Part shown: positions 1 through 13,595 of the stretch, in pieces | Layout of the letters: each line of letters begins with the position of its first letter | Numbering within the stretch: position 1 is the first letter of the stretch | From: Octopus vulgaris | Taxonomy: Eukaryota | DNA length: 64,000 nt | Reading direction: 5' to 3' | NCBI GenBank assembly: GCA_951406725.2 | Contig: OX597821.1 | Coordinates: forward strand, 55,676,001 to 55,740,000 | Made by a program: the position numbers and the translations under genes | The notes under the pieces: generated by a model | The model's database searches: none | The model's input: the letters and a program-made list of their open reading frames with translations, nothing else | Told to the model about the DNA's origin: nothing

Positions 1-1153
1 TCAATACATACATACACATATATATATGTGTATACATATGTGCTTAATCTTAAAGATATACATAGGAGAATGGATAAATATATATAAGTACCATGTTTCT
101 GAGCTCATCCTTCACACACTCAGATGAAGACGATTTTCAAATAATCTTCATTTTTTTAGCCTAATGCTATAATCCCACCAAAGATGCTAGATGGTCTTGT
201 TGGGACAACAATTACATTCTACCGCCCATGAGGTCTATACCGGGATTGGAATTCAGAAGGTATCTTTACCGAATAAATACAGTATGGAATATAACATCAC
301 GTTCTTTCAGTTCTGCAAAACATTGTACTGTTTGTGCTTTCGAAAAAGCAAAAATTTACGCAGTGAGATTTGAAACTAACACAGATACAGAACTAATATT
401 GCATGGCACTTTTTCCGGCGTTCAAGTAACTCTGACAATGTGATGCCTTGTAGCCACAGCATATAAAAATGAGTGAGTGAAATTATTCAATTTATTCATT
501 GAATTTATATATACAATTTGGGGAATATATTGTTTGTGTTTTGTTTTTGATGAAGCTGACTTTTGCTTGAGATGAAGAAAGAGAAATTTAAGTAAAACAG
601 TGACCGATTGTTGAAGCCTTCAGTTTTATTTCTGCAGTTTATGTAGCTCCTTCTTTTGACACGTAGTTACCTATAATAAGTGGTTACATGAAATATATGA
701 ATCTCACATCATTGGTGCGTATCTGTCAATGCTGTCAAATATATAGATGTTTTCGATCTAGTTTGGATTCTTTGCCATCAAATTTGAAATCTTTGCAATC
801 AATTTTGAATTCTCTGCAATCAAATTTCAATTTTTCAATTGGTGCTCAAGCCTTGAAAAAAATTATTATAAAATTATTTGACTACCTATTTTGAACACTT
901 ACATGTAAACTGTTTAAACAAAAATGTCCCCCTTAACATTTTCTTATCATTGTCAAATATTCTATTTCTTAACATTTTCTCTTTATTATCAAAGACTGAA
1001 TAACTGAATTTCAATACAACTATGATAACCATTTTGTAACACAACAAAGGTTACACAAAGCTTTAAATTTTACTTTTGATAATCTTTTTGTAAAAAAGTG
1101 AAACCGGTCAAGTCAATAAACATATTTAAGAGACCTCTTCATTTTCAAATCCT

Positions 1154-1457
<304 letters not shown>

Positions 1458-4400
1458 TCTATACTAATCATACATTTAAAAGTCTATGATTTCCTAAAAT
1501 AACGCTTGAAAGGGATCAAGAATGAGCGATGTAAATCAGAAAGATCAATCCATTAGACATGAAAACTACAGGCACTTTGGATCAGCTGAGAGCTGTGTTG
1601 AAGGCTGTATAGTAAGAAATTGCTTCCCAAACACATGAATTCGGGTTCCTTCACATGCTCATTCAGCAAGCAGCCTTCTATCCAGAAAACCTCCTTCAAC
1701 ACGCAGAATCAGCTAAAATCTCACTGGATAAAAGATCACCAATGATCTAGCAGCGAGTAATATCTTATATTGCAGCTTCCCTAAACATTATACATAGAAA
1801 TCATTGAATAAGATTTGACGAAAAAGGAAAAGACAATTAGGAGAAATACCAGTCCTATGATAGGGTGAAAGCTATCCAACCTTCATGGAAAGGCCTCCTC
1901 TTTAAGATTATGGCTTTATCACCAGGTCGGACCTACAATGATTTGTATACGATGTAACCTGTGAATGTTTTAGACATGCTTGCCAAGCAAAGAATCTCCT
2001 TAAAAATAGAAGAGAACGGCGAAGAAGTATGAACAAGATAAGTCAAGATATGTGTAATAAAGCAAAGTTGCAAGCAGGATTATCAATATACAAAACTTAG
2101 CATTTACTTCAAATTGAGGATAGTTTCATCATTTACCAAAATTCGTTGAGCTCTACGAAAAAAATAAGAGAATTCTCCACTGGTAACTAATAATCACCAC
2201 CACCACCCTCGTTAAAAAAGTTGTTCATTGTTCATTATATCTTGAAGCATGAAATTCAAAGCGTTGAGATCTTGATACTACATTGGAACTTTAAACCATG
2301 TTAATAGATGACTATTATACAGAAGGTTGTCAATTAGGAGATATATCACAGGCTCATGTTGATTATACCAGAATGGGTGGCAAGAATAGACAGTGCATCT
2401 GAGCGTTAGTAGCAGACACGAATTTAGTCATTTTTGCCAACATGGGATTGTAGTAAGTTTAGCAAGAAAGTTTGTAGTGTTCCACCTATTTACATTTACT
2501 GTTCCAAAAACTGTTGGAAAAGACGGTGTCCACGATACAACATATTTAATTTCGTAATATTCCTTAACCAATAAAAATGAAATTAAATACATTACCTTTC
2601 TATTGCCTCTTTCATTTAGCATATTGTGATGCTATCCATCTAAGCAATCAGGAAAAAAATATGGATATATTATGGGATCAATAAGTTGTGAGTGAATCTC
2701 GTTGAGGGAAACTTTGAGAAACATAGTTTAACATACTAGATTGACGTACTAGGAGCATTTCCCAGTTATTTAAAGATGTTATTTAGTATTTCCGCTCATA
2801 CTTTGATTTTGCTAGTTAGGTATTACAACCAGAAGTTGGGAATCTTGTTATTAACATGTACTTTACAATCCTGCGATTTGAGAAGTGATTAAGCTATTTC
2901 TGAAGTTGATATCAACTTTCACGATCGATAATGTATTACATTTGAGACTTTGCACAGTGATTGATGGCATCATCCTTATCCTTTCAAATATTGCTGGTTC
3001 CACGTTGATTTCTATATCATTTTTGTCTAATTCTTGGCAGAATTAGTTCGATAAACTCGTTATTATGTTTAGCTATTTATCTTATTCAAAGCTCGCTGGC
3101 GCCTTTACGATTTTCTAAGATAATCTGCTTTCTGACGTTCTTTCATTTTGAGTATGTCCATTTGAAAATCCGCAAAAATATATAATCCTTCTAAATAACT
3201 TGTCACGAGCATAAATGGTTATATATCATTCTGTATGTTCTAAATACAAATAGGAAGGTAGACAAGAATCTTAACCAGCATAATCTAATTCTAGAAACTG
3301 ATGAGTTACGTCTATGTAGATTGTTATATTTTCAGTTCCCTTTTGCACAATATAAATATTTGGCAATACGATGTCATATTTTCAGTTTTAGCCTGGAGAT
3401 CGATGTCAGGTATATTATTGTTGTCTACGCGTATGCTGATCTCCTATGGTATTCTTGCTCGGTTACTGTACACAATTTGTGTGCCTTTTGCTCAGGTGGA
3501 GCTTTTTCTAAATACAGAGAGACATTTCTTGCAGTAGTTGACATTTTCGGCTAGGTGAATGCAGGGGCTTTTCTTGCCATTGTTTTATCACGTTCCGTTG
3601 CTGTTCCAGTTTTAGTTTGAATTTCACTTGTTTTACAGCTTTTGTTGTTTCTTCTTTTTATTCATAGTTCTTAGGCACTATGACTTCTTTTTTGTATTTT
3701 TCAGCTTCCTTAAAAACTGAAAAGAGTTATTTTTGTTTTTGATCGTGGTATTATTATTATCATCATCATCATTACTACTACTACTACTACTACTATCATC
3801 ATCATCATCATCATTATAGTTATTGTTTAATTGTTTTTCTTCTCCAGTACACAATATTTCCTTTTTTCCGGAATTAAGAAAAAGTTATCAAACACAGACA
3901 CAGCTGATTTTATGCATATCATTTACAATTTTTCATTCTGGACGCCAAATGTGCTTAACAATAAAACAAAACTATACGAAAATTGTGTAAGTCTTTTGAA
4001 ATGAAAATTCCTGAATACTAATCTTTCGAATGTACATATCTTGAATTCAAATGAAATATTTTGTATTAGTTTATTTAGATGAAGACAAATCTTCTTAATA
4101 TTTGAAATGCATGTAGAGTTTGGTATATAATCTCACTACTACTTTTCGTTCTTGATATAATACTGCTGACACGGCCATGGTTACTGCAACTTGAAAAGAA
4201 ACCAGAAGTTAGTAGAAACTCATGTAATCCTCTATCTTCGAAAGAAAATTAGCCTGTCAGTAAAGAATGTCATTTACGAACCGGTGATATCAACAAGTAT
4301 TCACAGACATTGAATAAAAGATAGCGTCCATAGAACGCAATGTAATTACCTTTGAAGTTTGTAGGTTTCTTTTTTTAATACCTGTCATTTTTTCTATCGA

Positions 4401-4783
4401 AATAGTTCTGTTTGTTATTATTTTTGGTCGGATTTTCGTTTATCGCATAATTTAACATCAATTTCATTGGCTTCGGTTTTTGGAAAGGCTCATATGCCTT
4501 GTAAAGACATTGTATTAATTCTATTGCTTAAAGACAATCTCATTGGGTGTGGTATGCAGCTAATAATTTTTGAATGTTTTCGTAATCCTAAATGCAAACA
4601 CGTATTTTAACCCATTCTATTTCAGATTATTTACTCATTATTTTTTATAAATTATATTACTTACTAAAAATGTTTGACACACATAAATAAAATAAATAAA
4701 ATTATTGAATCAAATTCTACAAATTTATATGGAAATATTAAAATGCAAATATTATACATGTGTATATATATATTATATATTAT

Positions 4784-4932
4784 TTGGATAACACTGGTGG
4801 CGTGGAGAGGGGAGGCTGGTATGCATGGGCGACTGCTGGTCTTCCATAAACAACCTTGCCCGGACTTGTGTCTAGGAGGGTAACTTTCTAGGTGCAATCC
4901 CATGGTCATTCATGACCGAAGGGGGTCTTTAC

Positions 4933-4935
<3 letters not shown>
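4784..4935 (+). mobile_element. 3' part of SINE family D (5'-truncated)
   Basis: Clear homology to 43800-43947 (ggtggcgtggagagggg...aacaaccttgcc...aactttctaggtgca...catgaccgaagggg); followed by (TA)n. Confidence 0.8.
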
Positions 4936-4991
<56 letters not shown>

Positions 4992-6159
4992 GTGTGAGTG
5001 AGTTGTGGGACTTTTGGCATATACATATGGATAATATCCAGTAATGTAAACTATTGGAATATAATATTTTATGGGGCTTGTATTATTTTGGGTAATTAGT
5101 TTTAACATTAAGCAACTGAGTTTAATGCCTATTTATAACGAGCTTCAATTTTGATTAAATTGATCTGATGCAAAACTGGATAATATCAATTCCCATAAGC
5201 GGTAAAAGAGATAAAGGAAAACTTTAGCTGCAGTCCTTCATTTACTCTTAATGATCAAAGTCTCCCTGCTGCGCTTAACTAGGCAGAAGTTGATTTGAGG
5301 GATTTTTTCTGTTAATATTAAATGGAGATAAGCTATTGAGTCAAACATTTGTAAAATAGACTTCATTGATCTCTGAAATTCCGTGACCTTCATGAAAGAA
5401 TAACAAATCATTTTCTAAAACAATTATCCTCATCTTAGTAACCATGATCGTACACTTCTCAAAGATAAGACTCTGCTGTTTTAGCAATTCAATTGTTCAT
5501 TTCTTGGTAGAATTTACCTGAAAACATTTGGTGTTCTCACGAATCGATCCGACGGAGCCAAACGCTATAGAAATGCAATGACTTTCTTTGTCTTTATTAT
5601 GCTTCATTTGTATTTGCCTATTGTTAAATACTTTGTACTGATAAATAGTTGAAACAAATACTTTAAAACATTTTGTTAGATGCTTTCTTCCAAAATAATT
5701 AAATCTAATATCATTAGTTTATAATAATGCATAACACAGAGATCAACTGAATTACAATTTTCTTATAAAACATGAGCTTTGTAAGAGAACTGCCTGTTAA
5801 AATAAAATGTTTTTCTATCATTATTTACTAAAATAGGAAACGTCGGAAGAATATAGCAGTATAAGGTTGTATTCTAGATTTGAGATATTTTTTAGAAGTG
5901 ACAGTTATAATAATTCAGGATTATTGTAATTTTAGTATATCCGTTCTATATATTTAATAAACTGAGCTGCTAACTTTTGTTATTCAAGAATGAAAGAGAC
6001 GGTTGTTACAGCAATTTGAACACACCATTCAGAATATTATGAAATACTACTGACTACTTATAGATTAACTTGTATGAGCCGAATATCTGTTTTGCACTGG
6101 TACAAGAGGCCAAACAGAGCAGAGTCACTGGAACCTCGTGGTGATTCCCTTTTTCAACA

Positions 6160-6560
6160 GCAAGGGCATTATGTTCATCTAGTGCGTTCCCTCTAGTCGA
6201 AGCTCAATAAGAGTACTTCGTGGAGGTTTTGAACGATTTCAGATTTCGTCGCATAAGTCCAGAGCATTTGGTCAATGTGCCAGTTCTCAATTCTAACGAA
6301 GTAACCAACTACTTGACAAATGTGGATATCAAAACTATACTCTATCCTTTCTTCAGTTCAAATTTTGTTCCCTGAAATTTTTGGTTGTACCCCAAGTTGA
6401 AGGAAAACCTCATGGGTAGTCGTTGTGAAAATGAAGGAGGCTGTGACAACGTTCACTAGACACCTTCAATTTGAAGGAGATTCATGGGGTATTCACAAAG
6501 TGGTTGTAAATTCCAACACGTGTGTTGATGCCAGAGGATTCTACTTTGTAGGAGATAAGA
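6160..6560 (+). pseudogene. Decayed mariner transposase C-terminal fragment
   Basis: Translates with stops and frameshifts to a degenerate HPPYSPDLAPxDFWLFPKLKENL.G.R-like segment (ttttggttgtaccccaagttgaaggaaaacctc) and a C-terminal W...C....G.YF motif. Confidence 0.65.
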
Positions 6561-6918
6561 GTTTTGCACTTCTTTGAAATGAAGAGAAGTCTGAAAAAGT
6601 CTCAAAATGTCTGGAATGCTCATTGTAAATACTGCATATGGTTTCATTTTCTCTCTCTATGCATTGCTTTAATCTCAACTCGGCAGGCTTTATATTAAAT
6701 TTCTTTATAATCAGTATAATACAGCTGTTCATTTAATTGATTATTAACCCTTTTATAGGTAAATGGCCTCATCTACTAATAATTTAGTCAGTAAAACTAT
6801 AAAGTACTCAGTATATTTAGAATAGAATGAATATATGTAACGTGTACTATAACTAAGGCTTTCATTGTCATTATCACCAACGCCATCGTCAGTAATTACT
6901 ATACGTATTTAACATATG

Positions 6919-7080
6919 TGTTACAACTTGAACTTACGACTACGTGTTAAATGTCATTCAGTTTATCGCGTGTCTGCGTGTATGTGTGTCTATGATGGCT
7001 AATTCTGAGTGGCTCTTTTCCGTTCTATAAGACCTGCTGTTTTGCAAGAATAAATTTTTTTTAAGCCAGTCTTATTGACA
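6919..7080 (+). repeat. 5' LTR of Gypsy element (may extend to ~7230)
   Basis: tgttacaacttgaact...ttaagccagtcttattgaca, matching 9343-9500. Confidence 0.8.
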
Positions 7081-9342
7081 GCATTGACGTACGTCAGTGT
7101 TATCTTGTTGAATCGCTTATTGTTAAAATTGTTCCGTGTTTTTTAAACTCTTTGTTACACATGTTTTACTGCCATACGGCAGTCTGTTGACGCTTTCCCC
7201 TTCGAAGAAGGCGGTAACGCAAGTATTAACGATGGGGTACGAAAGTCTCAGTAGGCGTTCCGATGATGAACATCTTCATACATTATCCATCATACTCGAT
7301 CGTCTTCACAAAAGCGGATTAAAACTGAAGAACAATTTGTTTTTGTGTGTGTGATTCTGTTTGTTATCTTGGTTACCAACTTAATAAAGGTGGTTTGCAA
7401 AATAGGAGTGATAAAGTGCAGCCTATTTTAAATGCACCAGAACCTAAAAACTATAGTGAGTTAAGATAATTTGTAGAAACGTTATCACGTTATCGTTGTT
7501 TTTACCAAATGTTTCAACAGCTCCGACACCCGTATATTCCTTATTGCATAAAGATTCACTTTGGGGGTGAAATGTTGAAAATCAGAAAGCGTTAGCTACA
7601 GCTAAGAAGTTACTTACTAGTTCATCTGTACTTGTGCATTATGATCCGCATAAACATTTAATGTTACAATGTGATACATCTCTCCCTCACCGCTAGGTGC
7701 AGCCCTTTATCATCGAATAAATGACAGTACTGTTCGTACTGTAGCTTTTGCCTCACTTACTCTGTAACCAACTGAAAAGAGCTATTCTCAGTTGGACAAA
7801 GAAGCACTTGCAGTTTTATTTGGTATCAAACGATTCCATCGATCTGTTTGAGGCCGTCATTTTGAAATTTATACTGATCATAAACCTTTGATTGCACTAC
7901 TTGGAGAAGAGCGGAGTATTTAGTAAATGTGTTCACCTAGAATGCAGAGATGGGCTTTGATGTTAAGTGTTTATAGCTAAAGTATGATTTACGTTCCTGG
8001 GCCTAAGAATGTTACTGCTGACGTATTGAGTCGTTTACCCTTGACTTCTTCGTTACACGAAATTGAACAACCAGCGGAACTGGTACACATGATGCTACAT
8101 TTTAGTGGCACACCTATCCCAGGACAGGATATACTTCGACTAACAAAGATCAAATACTGTCCAGTATCAAACATTATCTTTTAAGAGGGTGGTCGTCGAT
8201 AACGATTTTAGAATTAAAATCGTTTTTACAGCGTAAAGATGAACTGGATATGCGCGAGGATTACATATTTTGGGGTCTTCGTATAGCTATACCCTTTAAA
8301 TTAAGTTAACAATTGTTTAATGAGTTGCATGGTGCTCATCCAGGCATAACTCGAATGAAGGAATTATCTTGAAGCTACTGTTGGTGGCCAATATGGATGC
8401 TGATATTGAGAAAATGTGCAGATGTCACATTTGTCAACAATATCAGCAACGCAACACGCCAGGCTCTGTACATCCCTGGAAGTGGCCAGAAAAAAAAATA
8501 CCGTAGCAAAGGTTACACGTTGATCATTTGGTCCTCTTAATGGTATGGTGTACTTATTGATTATTGATGTACATTTGAAATGGATGGATGTACATCCAGT
8601 CGTACATGCTACAACAGAATCCACCGTAGCCCGACTACGCTCATCATTTTCTACATTTGGGATTCCAGAAAGAATCAGTTCAGATGATGGTACTCCTTTA
8701 ACAAGTGAAATTTTCCAAACATCTTGAGACAGAATGGGATACGTTACATAAGAACTGCACCGTATCATCCATCTTCAAACGTCCTATCAGAACAAGCTGT
8801 TCAGACGGTAAAGTTTGGGTTGAAAAAACAAAGTACCGGAAGCCTCCAGACTAAACTGGATCATTTACGTTTTGCCTGCTGGCAAGTCTCCAGCTGAGTT
8901 ATTGTTTGGTCGCAATCTGCAAACAAGATTCAATCTTTTATTTTCGTCATAGCACAAAAGTATTGAAGAAAACCAAACACGAAAGAACAAGGAATGACCA
9001 CAATTGAAAGCATCTGATGCTGGGTACACTCGATTTCCTAATGAGCCGTGTTGGCAACCAGCAACAGTAGTTGAAACTTTTGGAAGATCAATAAATTTGC
9101 ATTTACCAAGTGGTCAAGTTGTGCGCAGACATTCGAATCGCATTCGATCTCGAGTAACGAATACAACGAACGATCAAACGGAAGTTAGCGAGGAGGCTGG
9201 GTCAACCTCAGCAGATGAAAGCGACAGTTTGGAAGAAAGAGAAACAACTAACAACCATATATTGCTACGATCAGAGGATACATCAGAACCTGTTGACCGC
9301 TATCAGGATCAGGCATATAATATCGACTAGAAGAGAAAAGGA

Positions 9343-9500
9343 TGTTACAACTTGAACTCATGACTACGTGTTGTGTCATTCAGCCTATCGCACGTGTGCG
9401 TGTGTGTATGACGGTTAATTCTGATTGGTTATTTTCCTATCTATAAAATCTGCTGTAAATTGTTTAACAAGAATATCTTTTTAAGCCAGTCTTATCTACA
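9343..9500 (+). repeat. 3' LTR of Gypsy element (may extend to ~9670)
   Basis: Starts with TG immediately after the PPT; matches 6919-7080. Confidence 0.8.
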
Positions 9501-12042
9501 GTGTGCGTTCGGTGTTCTGTTTTCATTAGGCTATGGCCTGAATTACGTATTACTAGAATAGAGCTGGTACTTATTAATATGTTTTATTGTTAGTGTACTC
9601 GTGTTACGTTGGTCTATTTTAAAGAAATTTACAATTGAAATTTCCACGGCAGTTTTTAAAATAGTTAACATAACACCTTATTAGGCTATACGTTCGACTA
9701 CTAACTGACTTAATTGTTTGCTAATAGCCATACAAATTATGGCGGGAAGTTAGTAGGATCGTTAGCCCTACAGACAAAATTCTTCGCGGCACTTTTTCCG
9801 TTCTTAGATTCTGTGTTATTTGCATTTCCAACCTTCGGAATCGATTAAATAAATACCAGTGGAAAACTGGAGTCGATGTACTTCTCTTACTCCCCCCCCC
9901 CGAAATTGCTGACTCCATGCCAAATTTTGAAGCCAAAAATCATATAAGTTGCATGATATTACAACAGATTGTTAGTTCCTGCTGTAGCGTATTTACAGCA
10001 TCAGATATGACTACTTATGAAATGTTCCACATGAAAATAAAAATATTACTGTCTAGTCTATAGCAAGGAATATAAACCACATATCGATTTCATAGAACAT
10101 TAATTTTGTTAGTAAATCACGAAATCTGAAAAGCATCATGATAATCAGTAGCTCTAGTTAAATGTGACTAATATTAAATTGTATTTAATTTTTCATACAT
10201 AAGAACTCTAAATTATATCAAATATTTTTAATAATGAACTCGGATTGGAAATACATGAGAATCACCGCCCAGTTATGAACAATAAAATGATATTTAGGTC
10301 TTTATTTTAAATTTATTATACAATACATAAAACAGCATAGAGATATTTGCGTCAGGTGAAATCATATTGCTTGTATTTATAATTCGGTAAATGTCTCTCC
10401 ACCATTTTAAACATTTTGAAAATTTCCATCACAACTGTCAGAACAGATTCTATATTTTTCTTTTGGATATTTTCTCCGAGAAGAACAATTTGATGTGAAT
10501 TTTCTGCATTAATGACAGACTTATAAAGAAACTGGAGTTGTCACATCTTGTTTATTCCATCTATAAAATATTTAAAAAATAAATTTAACCTTACATGTGT
10601 GGTCATAAAATTTACTCACACATTACAACTACTTTAAATTGGATTCCTTATATTTTTTAGTATTTCACATTTCCATTCCTATGTAAAGTATGGAGTAGAT
10701 GTTTGCATATATATTTGAGGATAGTTGTGGCAATTGATTTGGACATCTTCTCCAGTGAAACCGTTCAAAGGCTATATATGACCGAAACTTGTTTCCTTAT
10801 AAGCTTACACATTTAAATGTTTACAACGGTCAGTGAGTTCATTTCCTTGTCCTATTGTAATGTATATTGAATGGTTAACTCGATCATCTTAAGCAGTGGG
10901 AGAGGTCAACAGAAACAACATTCAACTACTGACCGACCTAACAATCTACCAAATATCAAGACTCGTGTTTTAGTTAAAGTGGTGTCAATATATTCATTCC
11001 GTGCATTTTAAATACGTACATAATACCTAGACAGAGATCAACAAAAGTGTATTTCCAAAAATAAATACGTGAATTACAAGATTTAAAAAGTCTATATTGA
11101 AGAAGACAATACTTTCCTCCATTTATTCTGCATGATCCAAGACTGACCATTCAAATTAATAGACTAGATAATTCCTCATTGTCAAGTACTAAAATACGAA
11201 AGTGAATGTAAGATATCTTCGAAGCACTTGATATTTAAATATCATAGGATACATCCGGAAAAATATCCAGTGTTAATTGCTATATTGTCTTGTTATCTTG
11301 GACCAGAAATAGGATTTCCCGATATATTTTAGGGAAACTTCATGAAGGAAGACAGATTATCAATCATAGCACTTGACCGCTGTTTTGTTCGTAGGTGACG
11401 CTACTGAAGTGGAAAAGAGACGAGGTGGGAGGGAAGATTTTGAGCGGGACGATAAATAGAGAATAACAGAAAGTAAAGTAAATGAACGAATAGAGAGACT
11501 GAGAATGGAAAAGACAAACATTCCTGTAATGGGGAGAAAATAGGAAGCTTGAGAATTTGGTTGTACTGAAATGCATAGGAAAAGGGAAAATATAGCGTTG
11601 AATAGAAGGGTAAGAAAGAAAAGAGAGACAGTAAAAGAGCATAAAGGATATATTTATGTAAATTATTTGAAATTGACTGTATATATGTATGTGTGTGTGT
11701 GCGTGTATGTGTGTGTGTGTGTGTGGTGTATGTGAGTGAGTGTGTGTGTATGTGTGCTTACATGCTTATAAATTGCGTGTAGGTATACGGCACATGGTAG
11801 GTATGTGTACATTGTGTGAAAGTATCGTGCACATTATAGTGATGACATGAGATACTTTCATGTAATCAGATTGGCATTTTGTGCACGTGGGTAAGTATGA
11901 ACAAGCACGCTTACGTGTTTACTATGAACTTTCAACCTTATCTTAATTAGCGGTCATTCGAATTATCGCTTTTGCATAAGTAGCAGTCTATAACACAGTA
12001 ATTTCCCTTTGTATAACTTTTTTTCATAGCTCTTTTTAGATG

Positions 12043-12113
12043 GCCAGATAACCGAAGAGATGGTAGTGTGGATTTCCACCTCAGCATCCGAAACTCAGAG
12101 ATGTTATCTTGGC
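12043..12113 (+). ncRNA. Degenerate type I hammerhead ribozyme (family H2)
   Basis: Stem I AGATAAC/GTTATCT, core C(-)GAAGA, stem II GATG/CATC, GAAA, stem III CTC-A-GAG. The core and cleavage triplet are mutated. Homologous to 19017-19087. Confidence 0.55.
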
Positions 12114-12139
12114 TACCGAATAATTGTCACATATTATTT

Positions 12140-12142
12140 TAC

Positions 12143-12193
<51 letters not shown>

Positions 12194-12206
12194 TATATGT
12201 ATATAC

Positions 12207-12300
<94 letters not shown>

Positions 12301-12335
12301 TATATATATGTATATATATATATATATGTATATAC

Positions 12336-12388
<53 letters not shown>
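12140..12388. repeat. (TA)n microsatellite at the PLE 3' junction
   Basis: About 250 bp TA tract abutting the element end. Confidence 0.97.
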
Positions 12389-12395
<7 letters not shown>

Positions 12396-13595
12396 AAGGA
12401 GATGTCGAACACGAGTGGTGATATATAAAAAAGGAAATGAAGAAAATGCTGACAAATAATTGAAGTAATTTAAGTAATTTAATTAGGTGAAAGTTCTTTT
12501 TACCGGTTGCGCATTTGTTATGCTTATCAAAATATAAAAGAGAGATTAGAGTCTGTCTCTTATATGTGAAAAAAAGAGGCTCCAGAGTTGTTTGGGATTT
12601 GCTTGGTTTCGCGCCTAAAATTTTGATTGGTCATTATGAAGGGGTCACGTGAATGTTTGAATGGAAGTTGGTGTTGGGGTAAGAAAAAAGGCTCCAGAGA
12701 AGTTAAAATTTGGCTAGTGTCCCGCCTAAAATTTCTTATTGGCCATGATAAAGAGGTCACGTGAATGTTTAGAATTTTCGAAAATAGTGTTGTTGAAAAT
12801 TCTTATTGTTCAGGCTGGTCAGTAGACGTCATGTGGATATTTTAAATAGCTTTTTAGCGCGTAGTTAGGGAGTGTATTTTCCGCTTGACTGGATAAGTAA
12901 GTTCGTTTAGAACAGGGAGAGCTGTATGTATGTATGTATGTGTGTGCGCGCGCGCGCGTGTGTGTGTTTATATGTATGTTGGGGCGCGCGCGCGTGTATA
13001 TATGTGTGTGTGTGTGTGGGTACAATTTTCAATATTTATAGTTCTGCTGGCCTTGTGCCTGTATCGGGAAGCAACGTATATGTGTGAAGTCAATATTTAC
13101 AGCCATTTCCAAAAAATAGTGTTGGATGTTTTGCACCCGTATTCAATTATGTGTATGTGTGGAACCATATATTTGTGTGTGTCATGGTGTTAATATCTGG
13201 GTAAAGGTGTGTGTAGGGTGTGTGCAGGTGTAAGTGTGTTTGTTGTGGGTTCGTGTTAGGGGCATGTGTTTAGAAGTGGTCTGTATTTATTAATAAGGTG
13301 GGATTCCATGGTTATTCGCTGGGTATGAGTGGCATTGTCTTTAAATTTGTAGAGGGGAAAGATTCTAAAATTGGGATGGAGTTGTGCGGCACAGGTATCA
13401 ATATGTGCACTAAATGCTATTTTTCTATATTCCTGTATTTTTATTTGGGATCTGTGGACAGTCATGCGTTGGCGGAGGCTATTTTTTGTTTGGCCTATGT
13501 AGTGTTCATTACAGCCCGAGCAAGGTAAGACATATACTAGGTTTTCTGATGCGCATGTGAAGTTGTGTTTTACTGTGAAACGTTGTCCTTGTTTA
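12389..13595 (-). repeat. 3' pseudo-LTR of PLE
   Basis: Matches 16866-18072 at an offset of 4477-4478. By eye, about 5 substitutions and 2 single-base A-run indels. Confidence 0.96.
12495..12541 (-). ncRNA. Variant minimal hammerhead ribozyme in 3' pseudo-LTR
   Basis: Minus strand: TCTTTTATATT-TTGATAA-GCAT AACAA ATGC-GCAA-CCGG-TA-AAAAGA. Type I topology with palindromic stem III; predicted cut between 12501 and 12500. Confidence 0.7.

Larger units (their letters stand above)
6919..9500 (+). mobile_element. Decayed Gypsy/Ty3 LTR retrotransposon with gag-protease and most of RT deleted
   Basis: Two diverged direct repeats starting TGTTACAAC. Internal remnants: RT end (HLHTL..ILDRL..SGLKLK), RNase H (AFAS..L..TEKSYSQLDKEALAV.FG, EIYTDHKPL), integrase Zn finger (HGAHPGITRMK..CWWP) and core (YLLIIDVHLKW, FGIPERISSDDG, TAPYHPSSN). 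Domain order RT-RH-IN. Polypurine tract AGAAGAGAAAAGGA at 9329-9342. Confidence 0.9.

Noticed and set aside
85-150. GATGA...GAAACATG motif near the window start
   Set aside because: No consistent three-stem fold.
2880-3560. Possible minus-strand R4-like remnant
   Set aside because: Motifs too degraded to call.
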